Source of the DNA: Auanema rhodensis
Lineage: Eukaryota; Animalia; Nematoda
Reading direction: 5' to 3'
Length of the DNA: 64,000 bases
NCBI GenBank assembly: GCA_964057225.1
Contig: OZ059897.1
Coordinates: 19,468,001 to 19,532,000 of the forward strand
Positions 12,801-25,800 of the stretch are shown here, piece by piece. Numbering within the stretch: position 1 is the first letter of the stretch; each line of letters starts with the position of its first letter. The position numbers were made by a program, and so were the translations under genes. The notes under the pieces were generated by a model. That model was given only the letters and a program-made list of their open reading frames with translations. It had not been told where the DNA came from and ran no database searches.

Positions 12801-15800
12801 ACGATGGACAATGTTATTCAACGAAAAAATTAATTCTTCAGGGTGAAAATCGAGGATATAAGTGTGAACTTATATCAGTTGATATCTCGGTGCATTTTTA
12901 AGCTAGCGCAAATCTGATAACACAGATCGACGCAGCTTAAAAATCCGCATCGAATGCACTATACTACATTGAGAAAAGCTTAATACAAAAATTAGTTATG
13001 ATCGTTTGAAAAATGATGCATTAGTGTATGTTGAGTTTCCATGTACACTCAACATTGCTTCCAAAAACATTTTGACAAAAATTTTTTCGAAAAATTTCAA
13101 AATAATTTAGCAAAAAGTAGATGTTTTTAGATTCCATTTTTTAAGGCAAAGACGATGGACAATGTTAATCAACGAAAAAATTAATTCTTCAGGGTGAAAA
13201 TCGAGGATATAAGTGTGAACTTATATCAGTTGATATCTCGGTGCATTTTTAAGCTAGCGCAAATCTGATAACACAGATCGACGCAGCTTAAAAATCCGCA
13301 TCGAATGCACTATACTACATTGAGAAAAGCTTAATACAAAAATTAGTTATGATCGTTTGAAAAATGATGCATTAGTGTATGTTGAGTTTCCATGTACACT
13401 CAACATTGCTTCCAAAAACATTTTGACAAAAATTTTTTCGAAAAATTTCAAAATAATTTAGCAAAAAGTAGATGTTTTTAGATTCCATTTTTCAAGGCAA
13501 AGACGATGGACAATGTTATTCAACGAAAAAATTATTTCTTCAGGGTGAAAATCGAGGATATAAGTGTGAACTTATATCAGTTGATATCTCGGTGCATTTT
13601 TAAGCTAGCGCAAATCTGATAACACAGATCGACGCAGCTTAAAAATCCGCATCGAATGCACTATACTACATTGAGAAAAGCTTAATACAAAAATTAGTTA
13701 TGATCGTTTGAAAAATGATGCATTAGTGTATGTTGAGTTTCCATGTACACTCAACATTGCTTCCAAAAACATTTTGACAAAAATTTTTTCGAAAAATTTC
13801 AAAATAATTTAGCAAAAAGTAGATGTTTTTAGATTCCATTTTCCAAGGCAAAGACGATGGACAATGTTATTCAACGAAAAAATTATTTCTTCAGGGTGAA
13901 AATCGAGGATATAAGTGTGAACTTATATCAGTTGATATCTCGGTGCATTTTTAAGCTAGCGCAAATCTGATAACACAGATCGACGCAGCTTAAAAATCCG
14001 CATCGAATGCACTATACTACATTGAGAAAAGCTTAATACAAAAATTAGTTATGATCGTTTGAAAAATGATGCATTAGTGTATGTTGAGTTTCCATGTACA
14101 CTCAACATTGCTTCCAAAAACATTTTGACAAAAATTTTTTCGAAAAATTTCAAAATAATTTAGCAAAAAGTAGATGTTTTTAGATTCCATTTTTCAAGGC
14201 AAAGACGATGGACAATGTTATTCAACGAAAAAATTAATTCTTCAGGGTGAAAATCGAGGATATAAGTGTGAACTTATATCAGTTGATATCTCGGTGCATT
14301 TTTAAGCTAGCGCAAATCTGATAACACAGATCGACGCAGCTTAAAAATCCGCATCGAATGCACTATACTACATTGAGAAAAGCTTAATACAAAAATTAGT
14401 TATGATCGTTTGAAAAATGATGCATTAGTGTATGTTGAGTTTCCATGTACACTCAACATTGCTTCCAAAAACATTTTGACAAAAATTTTTTCGAAAAATT
14501 TCAAAATAATTTAGCAAAAAGTAGATGTTTTTAGATTCCATTTTTCAAAGCAAAGACGATGGACAATGTTATTCAACGAAAAAATTAATTCTTCAGGGTG
14601 AAAATCGAGGATATAAGTGTGAACTTATATCAGTTGATATCTCGGTGCATTTTTAAGCTAGCGCAAATCTGATAACACAGATCGACGCAGCTTAAAAATC
14701 CGCATCGAATGCACTATACTACATTGAAAAACGCTTAATACAAAAATTAGTTATGATCGTTTGAAAAATGATGCATTAGTGTATGTTGAGTTTCCATGTA
14801 CACTCAACATTGCTTCCAAAAACATTTTGACAAAAATTTTTTCGAAAAATTTCAAAATAATTTAGCGAAAAGTAGATGTTTTTAGATTCGATTTTTCAAG
14901 GCAAAGACGATGGACAATGTTATTCAACGAAAAAATTAATTCTTCAGGGTGAAAATCGAGGATATAAGTGTGAACTTATATCAGTTGATATCTCGGTGCA
15001 TTTTTAAGCTAGCGCAAATCTGATAACACAGATCGACGCAGCTTAAAAATCCGCACCGAATGCACTATACTACATTGAGAAAAGCTTAATACAAAAATTA
15101 GTTATGATCGTTTGAAAAATGATGCATTAGTGTATGTTGAGTTTCCATGTACACTCAACATTGCTTCCAAAAACATTTTGACAAAAATTTTTTCGAAAAA
15201 TTTCAAAATAATTTAGCAAAAAGTAGATGTTTTTAGATTCCATTTTTCAAGGCAAAGACGATGGACAATGTTATTCAACGAAAAAATTAATTCTTCAGGG
15301 TGAAAATCGAGGATATAAGTGTGAACTTATATCAGTTGATATCTCGGTGCATTTTTAAGCTAGCGCAAATCTGATAACACAGATCGACGCAGCTTAAAAA
15401 TCCGCACCGAATGCACTATACTACATTGAGAAAAGCTTAATACAAAAATTAGTTATGATCGTTTGAAAAATGATGCATTAGTGTATGTTGAGTTTCCATG
15501 TACACTCAACATTGCTTCCAAAAACATTTTGACAAAAATTTTTTCGAAAAATTTCAAAATAATTTAGCAAAAAGTAGATGTTTTTAGATTCCATTTTTCA
15601 AGGCAAAGACGATGGACAATGTTATTCAACGAAAAAATTAATTCTTCAGGGTGAAAATCGAGGATATAAGTGTGAACTTATATCAGTTGATATCTCGGTG
15701 CATTTTTAAGCTAGCGCAAATCTGATAACACAGATCGACGCAGCTTAAAAATCCGCATCGAATGCACTATACTACATTGAAAAACGCTTAATACAAAAAT

Positions 15801-18800
15801 TAGTTATGATCGTTTGAAAAATGATGCATTAGTGTATGTTGAGTTTCCATGTACACTCAACATTGCTTCCAAAAACATTTTGACAAAAATTTTTTCGAAA
15901 AATTTCAAAATAATTTAGCGAAAAGTAGATGTTTTTAGATTCGATTTTTCAAGGCAAAGACGATGGACAATGTTATTCAACGAAAAAATTAATTCTTCAG
16001 GGTGAAAATCGAGGATATAAGTGTGAACTTATATCAGTTGATATCTCGGTGCATTTTTAAGCTAGCGCAAATCTGATAACACAGATCGACGCAGCTTAAA
16101 AATCCGCATCGAATGCACTATACTACATTGAGAAAAGCTTAATACAAAAATTAGTTATGATCGTTTGAAAAATGATGCATTAGTGTATGTTGAGTTTCCA
16201 TGTACACTCAACATTGCTTCCAAAAACATTTTGACAAAAATTTTTTCGAAAAATTTCAAAATAATTTAGCAAAAAGTAGATGTTTTTAGATTCCTTTTTT
16301 CAAGGCAAAGACGATGGACAATGTTATTCAACGAAAAAATTATTTCTTCAGGGTGAGAATCGAGGATATAAGTGTGAACTTATATCAGTTGATATCTCGG
16401 TGCATTTTTAAGCTAGCGCAAATCTGATAACACAGATCGACGCAGCTTAAAAATCCGCATCGAATGCACTATACTACATTGAAAAACGCTTGATACAAAA
16501 ATTAGTTATGATCGTTTGAAAAATGATGCATTAGTGTATGTTGAGTTTCCATGTATACTCAACATTGCTTCCAAAAACATTTTGACAAAAATTTTTTCGA
16601 AAAATTTCAAAATAATTTAGCGAAAAGTAGATGTTTTTAGATTCGATTTTTCAAGGCAAAGACGATGGACAATGTTATTCAACGAAAAAATTAATTCTTC
16701 AGGGTGAAAATCGAGGATATAAGTGTGAACTTATATCAGTTGATATCTCGGTGCATTTTTAAGCTAGCGCAAATCTGATAACACAGATCGACGCAGCTTA
16801 AAAATCCGCATCGAATGCACTATATTACATTGAAAAACGCTTAATACAAAAATTAGTTATGATCGTTTGAAAAATGATGCATTAGTGTATGTTGAGTTTC
16901 CATGTACACTCAACATTGCTTCCAAAAACATTTTGACAAAAATTTTTTCGGAAAATTTCAAAATAATTTAGCAAAAAGTAAATGTTTTTAAATTCCTTTT
17001 TTCAAGGCAAAGACGATGGACAATGTTATTCAACGAAAAAATTAATTCTTCAGGGTTAAAATCGAGGATATAAGTGTGAACTTATATCAGTTGATATCTC
17101 GGTGCATTTTTAAGCTAGCGCAAATCTGATAACACAGATCGACGCAGCTTAAAAATCCGCATCGAATGCACTATATTACATTGAAAAACGCTTAATACAA
17201 AAATTAGTTATGATCGTTTGAAAAATGATGCATTAGTGTATGTTGAGTTTCCATGTACACTCAACATTGCTTCCAAAAACATTTTGACAAAAATTTTTTC
17301 GGAAAATTTCAAAATAATTTAGCAAAAAGTAAATGTTTTTAAATTCCTTTTTTCAAGGCAAAGACGATGGACAATGTTATTCAACGAAAAAATTAATTCT
17401 TCAGGGTTAAAATCGAGGATATAAGTGTGAACTTATATCAGTTGATATCTCGGTGCATTTTTAAGCTAGCGCAAATCTGATAACAAAGATCGACGCAGCT
17501 TAAAAATCCGCATCGAATGCACTATATTACATTGAGAAACACTTGATACAAAAATTAGTTATGATCGTTTGAAAAATGATGCATTAGTGTATGTTGAGTT
17601 TCCATGTACACTCAACATTGCTTCCAAAAACATTTTGACAAAAATTTTTTCGAAAAATTTCAAAATAATTTAGCAAAAAGTAGATGTTTTAAGATTCCAT
17701 TTTTCAAGGCAAAGACGATGGACAATGTTATTCAACGAAAAAATTAATTCTTCAGGGTGAAAATCGAGGATATAAGTGTGAACTTATATCAGTTGATATC
17801 TCGGTGCATTTTTAAGCTAGCGCAAATCTGATAACACAGATCGACGCAGCTTAAAAATCCGCATCGAATGCACTATATTACATTGAAAAACGCTTAATAC
17901 AAAAATTAGTTATGATCGTTTGAAAAATGATGCATTAGTGTATGTTGAGTTTCCATGTACACTCAACATTGCTTCCAAAAACATTTTGACAAAAATTTTT
18001 TCGGAAAATTTCAAAATAATTTAGCAAAAAGTAAATGTTTTTAAATTCCTTTTTTCAAGGCAAAGACGATGGACAATGTTATTCAACGAAAAAATTAATT
18101 CTTCAGGGTTAAAATCGAGGATATAAGTGTGAACTTATATCAGTTGATATCTCGGTGCATTTTTAAGCTAGCGCAAATCTGATAACACAGATCGACGCAG
18201 CTTAAAAATCCGCATCGAATGCACTATACTACATTGAGAAAAGCTTAATACAAAAATTAGTTATGATCGTTTGAAAAATGATGCATTAGTGTATGTTGAG
18301 TTTCCATGTACACTCAACATTGCTTCCAAAAACATTTTGACAAAAATTTTTTCGGAAAATTTCAAAATAATTTAGCAAAAAGTAAATGTTTTTAAATTCC
18401 TTTTTTCAAGGCAAAGACGATGGACAATGTTATTCAACGAAAAAATTAATTCTTCAGGGTTAAAATCGAGGATATAAGTGTGAACTTATATCAGTTGATA
18501 TCTCGGTGCATTTTTAAGCTAGCGCAAATCTGATAACACAGATCGACGCAGCTTAAAAATCCGCATCGAATGCACTATATTACATTGAAAAACGCTTAAT
18601 ACAAAAATTAGTTATGATCGTTTGAAAAATGATGCATTAGTGTATGTTGAGTTTCCATGTACACTCAACATTGCTTCCAAAAACATTTTGACAAAAATTT
18701 TTTCGGAAAATTTCAAAATAATTTAGCAAAAAGTAAATGTTTTTAAATTCCTTTTTTCAAGGCAAAGACGATGGACAATGTTATTCAACGAAAAAATTAA

Positions 18801-21800
18801 TTCTTCAGGGTTAAAATCGAGGATATAAGTGTGAACTTATATCAGTTGATATCTCGGTGCATTTTTAAGCTAGCGCAAATCTGATAACAAAGATCGACGC
18901 AGCTTAAAAATCCGCATCGAATGCACTATATTACATTGAGAAACACTTGATACAAAAATTAGTTATGATCGTTTGAAAAATGATGCATTAGTGTATGTTG
19001 AGTTTCCATGTACACTCAACATTGCTTCCAAAAACATTTTGACAAAAATTTTTTCGGAAAATTTCAAAATAATTTAGCAAAAAGTAAATGTTTTTAAATT
19101 CCTTTTTTCAAGGCAAAGACGATGGACAATGTTATTCAACGAAAAAATTAATTCTTCAGGGTTAAAATCGAGGATATAAGTGTGAACTTATATCAGTTGA
19201 TATCTCGGTGCATTTTTAAGCTAGCGCAAATCTGATAACACAGATCGACGCAGCTTAAAAATCCGCATCGAATGCACTATATTACATTGAAAAACGCTTA
19301 ATACAAAAATTAGTTATGATCGTTTGAAAAATGATGCATTAGTGTATGTTGAGTTTCCATGTACACTCAACATTGCTTCCAAAAACATTTTGACAAAAAT
19401 TTTTTCGGAAAATTTCAAAATAATTTAGCAAAAAGTAAATGTTTTTAAATTCCTTTTTTCAAGGCAAAGACGATGGACAATGTTATTCAACGAAAAAATT
19501 AATTCTTCAGGGTTAAAATCGAGGATATAAGTGTGAACTTATATCAGTTGATATCTCGGTGCATTTTTAAGCTAGCGCAAATCTGATAACAAAGATCGAC
19601 GCAGCTTAAAAATCCGCATCGAATGCACTATATTACATTGAGAAACACTTGATACAAAAATTAGTTATGATCGTTTGAAAAATGATGCATTAGTGTATGT
19701 TGAGTTTCCATGTACACTCAACATTGCTTCCAAAAACATTTTGACAAAAATTTTTTCGAAAAATTTCAAAATAATTTAGCAAAAAGTAGATGTTTTAAGA
19801 TTCCATTTTTCAAGGCAAAGACGATGGACAATGTTATTCAACGAAAAAATTAATTCTTCAGGGTGAAAATCGAGGATATAAGTGTGAACTTATATCAGTT
19901 GATATCTCGGTGCATTTTTAAGCTAGCGCAAATCTGATAACACAGATCGACGCAGCTTAAAAATCCGCATCGAATGCACTATACTACATTGAGAAAAGCT
20001 TAATACAAAAATTAGTTATGATCGTTTGAAAAATGATGCATTAGTGTATGTTGAGTTTCCATGTACACTCAACATTGCTTCCAAAAACATTTTGACAAAA
20101 ATTTTTTCGGAAAATTTCAAAATAATTTAGCAAAAAGTAAATGTTTTTAAATTCCTTTTTTCAAGGCAAAGACGATGGACAATGTTATTCAACGAAAAAA
20201 TTAATTCTTCAGGGTTAAAATCGAGGATATAAGTGTGAACTTATATCAGTTGATATCTCGGTGCATTTTTAAGCTAGCGCAAATCTGATAACAAAGATCG
20301 ACGCAGCTTAAAAATCCGCATCGAATGCACTATATTACATTGAGAAACACTTGATACAAAAATTAGTTATGATCGTTTGAAAAATGATGCATTAGTGTAT
20401 GTTGAGTTTCCATGTACACTCAACATTGCTTCCAAAAACATTTTGACAAAAATTTTTTCGAAAAATTTCAAAATAATTTAGCAAAAAGTAGATGTTTTAA
20501 GATTCCATTTTTCAAGGCAAAGACGATGGACAATGTTATTCAACGAAAAAATTAATTCTTCAGGGTGAAAATCGAGGATATAAGTGTGAACTTATATCAG
20601 TTGATATCTCGGTGCATTTTTAAGCTAGCGCAAATCTGATAACACAGATCGACGCAGCTTAAAAATCCGCATCGAATGCACTATACTACATTGAGAAAAG
20701 CTTAATACAAAAATTAGTTATGATCGTTTGAAAAATGATGCATTAGTGTATGTTGAGTTTCCATGTACACTCAACATTGCTTCCAAAAACATTTTGACAA
20801 AAATTTTTTCGAAAAATTTCAAAATAATTTAGCAAAAAGTAGATGTTTTTAGATTCCATTTTTTAAGGCAAAGACGATGGACAATGTTATTCAACGAAAA
20901 AATTAATTCTTCAGGGTGAAAATCGAGGATATAAGTGTGAACTTATATCAGTTGATATCTCGGTGCATTTTTAAGCTAGCGCAAATCTGATAACACAGAT
21001 CGACGCAGCTTAAAAATCCGCATCGAATGCACTATACTACATTGAGAAAAGCTTAATACAAAAATTAGTTATGATCGTTTGAAAAATGATGCATTAGTGT
21101 ATGTTGAGTTTCCATGTACACTCAACATTGCTTCCAAAAACATTTTGACAAAAATTTTTTCGAAAAATTTCAAAATAATTTAGCAAAAAGTAGATGTTTT
21201 TAGATTCCATTTTTGAAGGCAAAGACGATGGACAATGTTATTCAACGAAAAAATTATTTCTTCAGGGTGAAAATCGAGGATATAAGTGTGAACTTATATC
21301 AGTTGATATCTCGGTGCATTTTTAAGCTAGCGCAAATCTGATAACACAGATCGACGCAGCTTAAAAATCCGCATCGAATGCACTATACTACATTGAGAAA
21401 AGCTTAATACAAAAATTAGTTATGATCGTTTGAAAAATGATGCATTAGTGTATGTTGAGTTTCCATGTACACTCAACATTGCTTCCAAAAACATTTTGAC
21501 AAAAATTTTTTCGAAAAATTTCAAAATAATTTAGCAAAAAGTAGATGTTTTTAGATTCCATTTTCCAAGGCAAAGACGATGGACAATGTTATTCAACGAA
21601 AAAATTATTTCTTCAGGGTGAAAATCGAGGATATAAGTGTGAACTTATATCAGTTGATATCTCGGTGCATTTTTAAGCTAGCGCAAATCTGATAACACAG
21701 ATCGACGCAGCTTAAAAATCCGCATCGAATGCACTATACTACATTGAGAAAAGCTTAATACAAAAATTAGTTATGATCGTTTGAAAAATGATGCATTAGT

Positions 21801-22800
21801 GTATGTTGAGTTTCCATGTACACTCAACATTGCTTCCAAAAACATTTTGACAAAAATTTTTTCGAAAAATTTCAAAATAATTTAGCAAAAAGTAGATGTT
21901 TTAAGATTCCATTTTTCAAGGCAAAGACGATGGACAATGTTATTCAACGAAAAAATTAATTCTTCAGGGTGAAAATCGAGGATATAAGTGTGAACTTATA
22001 TCAGTTGATATCTCGGTGCATTTTTAAGCTAGCGCAAATCTGATAACACAGATCGACGCAGCTTAAAAATCCGCATCGAATGCACTATACTACATTGAGA
22101 AAAGCTTAATACAAAAATTAGTTATGATCGTTTGAAAAATGATGCATTAGTGTATGTTGAGTTTCCATGTACACTCAACATTGCTTCCAAAAACATTTTG
22201 ACAAAAATTTTTTCGAAAAATTTCAAAATAATTTAGCAAAAAGTAGATGTTTTTAGATTCCATTTTTTAAGGCAAAGACGATGGACAATGTTAATCAACG
22301 AAAAAATTAATTCTTCAGGGTGAAAATCGAGGATATAAGTGTGAACTTATATCAGTTGATATCTCGGTGCATTTTTAAGCTAGCGCAAATCTGATAACAC
22401 AGATCGACGCAGCTTAAAAATCCGCATCGAATGCACTATACTACATTGAGAAAAGCTTAATACAAAAATTAGTTATGATCGTTTGAAAAATGATGCATTA
22501 GTGTATGTTGAGTTTCCATGTACACTCAACATTGCTTCCAAAAACATTTTGACAAAAATTTTTTCGAAAAATTTCAAAATAATTTAGCAAAAAGTAGATG
22601 TTTTTAGATTTCATTTTTCAAGGCAAAGACGATGGACAATGTTATTCAACGAAAAAATTATTTCTTCAGGGTGAAAATCGAGGATATAAGTGTGAACTTA
22701 TATCAGTTGATATCTCGGTGCATTTTTAAGCTAGCGCAAATCTGATAACACAGATCGACGCAGCTTAAAAATCCGCATCGAATGCACTATACTACATTGA
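3860..22800. repeat. Higher-order tandem duplication of a 25-26-monomer block (about 8.8-9.1 kb); boundaries approximate
   Basis: Rare variants recur at offset 8775 (25x351): 5774/14549, 7582/16357, 7781/16556. Others recur at offset 9126 (26x351): 12089/21215, 13168/22294. Confidence 0.85.
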
Positions 22801-25800
22801 GAAAAGCTTAATACAAAAATTAGTTATGATCGTTTGAAAAATGATGCATTAGTGTATGTTGAGTTTCCATGTACACTCAACATTGCTTCCAAAAACATTT
22901 TGACAAAAATTTTTTCGAAAAATTTCAAAATAATTTAGCAAAAAGTAGATGTTTTTAGATTCCATTTTTCAAGGCAAAGACGATGGACAATGTTATTCAA
23001 CGAAAAAATTAATTCTTCAGGGTGAAAATCGAGGATATAAGTGTGAACTTATATCAGTTGATATCTCGGTGCATTTTTAAGCTAGCGCAAATCTGATAAC
23101 ACAGATCGACGCAGCTTAAAAATCCGCATCGAATGCACTATACTACATTGAGAAAAGCTTAATACAAAAATTAGTTATGATCGTTTGAAAAATGATGCAT
23201 TAGTGTATGTTGAGTTTCCATGTACACTCAACATTGCTTCCAAAAACATTTTGACAAAAATTTTTTCGAAAAATTTCAAAAAAATTTAGCAAAAAGTAGA
23301 TGTTTTTAGATTCCATTTTTCAAGGCAAAGACGATGGACAATGTTATTCAACGAAAAAATTAATTCTTCAGGGTGAAAATCGAGGATATAAGTGTGAACT
23401 TATATCAGTTGATATCTCGGTGCATTTTTAAGCTAGCGCAAATCTGATAACACAGATCGACGCAGCTTAAAAATCCGCATCGAATGCACTATACTACATT
23501 GAAAAACGCTTAATACAAAAATTAGTTATGATCGTTTGAAAAATGATGCATTAGTGTATGTTGAGTTTCCATGTACACTCAACATTGCTTCCAAAAACAT
23601 TTTGACAAAAATTTTTTCGAAAAATTTCAAAATAATTTAGCAAAAAGTAGATGTTTTTAGATTCCATTTTCCAAGGCAAAGACGATGGACAATGTTATTC
23701 AACGAAAAAATCATTTCTTCAGGGTGAAAATCGAGGATATAAGTGTGAACTTATATCAGTTGATATCTCGGTGCATTTTTAAGCTAGCGCAAATCTGATA
23801 ACACAGATCGACGCAGCTTAAAAATCCGCATCGAATGCACTATACTACATTGAGAAAAGCTTAATACAAAAATTAGTTATGATCGTTTGAAAAATGATGC
23901 ATTAGTGTATGTTGAGTTTCCATGTACACTCAACATTGCTTCCAAAAACATTTTGACAAAAATTTTTTCGAAAAATTTCAAAATAATTTAGCAAAAAGTA
24001 GATGTTTTAAGATTCCATTTTTCAAGGCAAAGACGATGGACAATGTTATTCAACGAAAAAATTAATTCTTCAGGGTGAAAATCGAGGATATAAGTGTGAA
24101 CTTATATCAGTTGATATCTCGGTGCATTTTTAAGCTAGCGCAAATCTGATAACACAGATCGACGCAGCTTAAAAATCCGCATCGAATGCACTATACTACA
24201 TTGAGAAAAGCTTAATACAAAAATTAGTTATGATCGTTTGAAAAATGATGCATTAGTGTATGTTGAGTTTCCATGTACACTCAACATTGCTTCCAAAAAC
24301 ATTTTGACAAAAATTTTTTCGAAAAATTTCAAAATAATTTAGCAAAAAGTAGATGTTTTTAGATTCCATTTTTTAAGGCAAAGACGATGGACAATGTTAA
24401 TCAACGAAAAAATTAATTCTTCAGGGTGAAAATCGAGGATATAAGTGTGAACTTATATCAGTTGATATCTCGGTGCATTTTTAAGCTAGCGCAAATCTGA
24501 TAACACAGATCGACGCAGCTTAAAAATCCGCATCGAATGCACTATACTACATTGAGAAAAGCTTAATACAAAAATTAGTTATGATCGTTTGAAAAATGAT
24601 GCATTAGTGTATGTTGAGTTTCCATGTACACTCAACATTGCTTCCAAAAACATTTTGACAAAAATTTTTTCGAAAAATTTCAAAATAATTTAGCAAAAAG
24701 TAGATGTTTTTAGATTTCATTTTTCAAGGCAAAGACGATGGACAATGTTATTCAACGAAAAAATTATTTCTTCAGGGTGAAAATCGAGGATATAAGTGTG
24801 AACTTATATCAGTTGATATCTCGGTGCATTTTTAAGCTAGCGCAAATCTGATAACACAGATCGACGCAGCTTAAAAATCCGCATCGAATGCACTATACTA
24901 CATTGAGAAAAGCTTAATACAAAAATTAGTTATGATCGTTTGAAAAATGATGCATTAGTGTATGTTGAGTTTCCATGTACACTCAACATTGCTTCCAAAA
25001 ACATTTTGACAAAAATTTTTTCGAAAAATTTCAAAATAATTTAGCAAAAAGTAGATGTTTTTAGATTCCATTTTTCAAGGCAAAGACGATGGACAATGTT
25101 ATTCAACGAAAAAATTAATTCTTCAGGGTGAAAATCGAGGATATAAGTGTGAACTTATATCAGTTGATATCTCGGTGCATTTTTAAGCTAGCGCAAATCT
25201 GATAACACAGATCGACGCAGCTTAAAAATCCGCATCGAATGCACTATACTACATTGAGAAAAGCTTAATACAAAAATTAGTTATGATCGTTTGAAAAATG
25301 ATGCATTAGTGTATGTTGAGTTTCCATGTACACTCAACATTGCTTCCAAAAACATTTTGACAAAAATTTTTTCGAAAAATTTCAAAATAATTTAGCAAAA
25401 AGTAGATGTTTTTAGATTCCATTTTTCAAGGCAAAGACGATGGACAATGTTATTCAACGAAAAAATTAATTCTTCAGGGTGAAAATCGAGGATATAAGTG
25501 TGAACTTATATCAGTTGATATCTCGGTGCATTTTTAAGCTAGCGCAAATCTGATAACACAGATCGACGCAGCTTAAAAATCCGCATCGAATGCACTATAC
25601 TACATTGAAAAACGCTTAATACAAAAATTAGTTATGATCGTTTGAAAAATGATGCATTAGTGTATGTTGAGTTTCCATGTACACTCAACATTGCTTCCAA
25701 AAACATTTTGACAAAAATTTTTTCGAAAAATTTCAAAATAATTTAGCGAAAAGTAGATGTTTTTAGATTCGATTTTTCAAGGCAAAGACGATGGACAATG

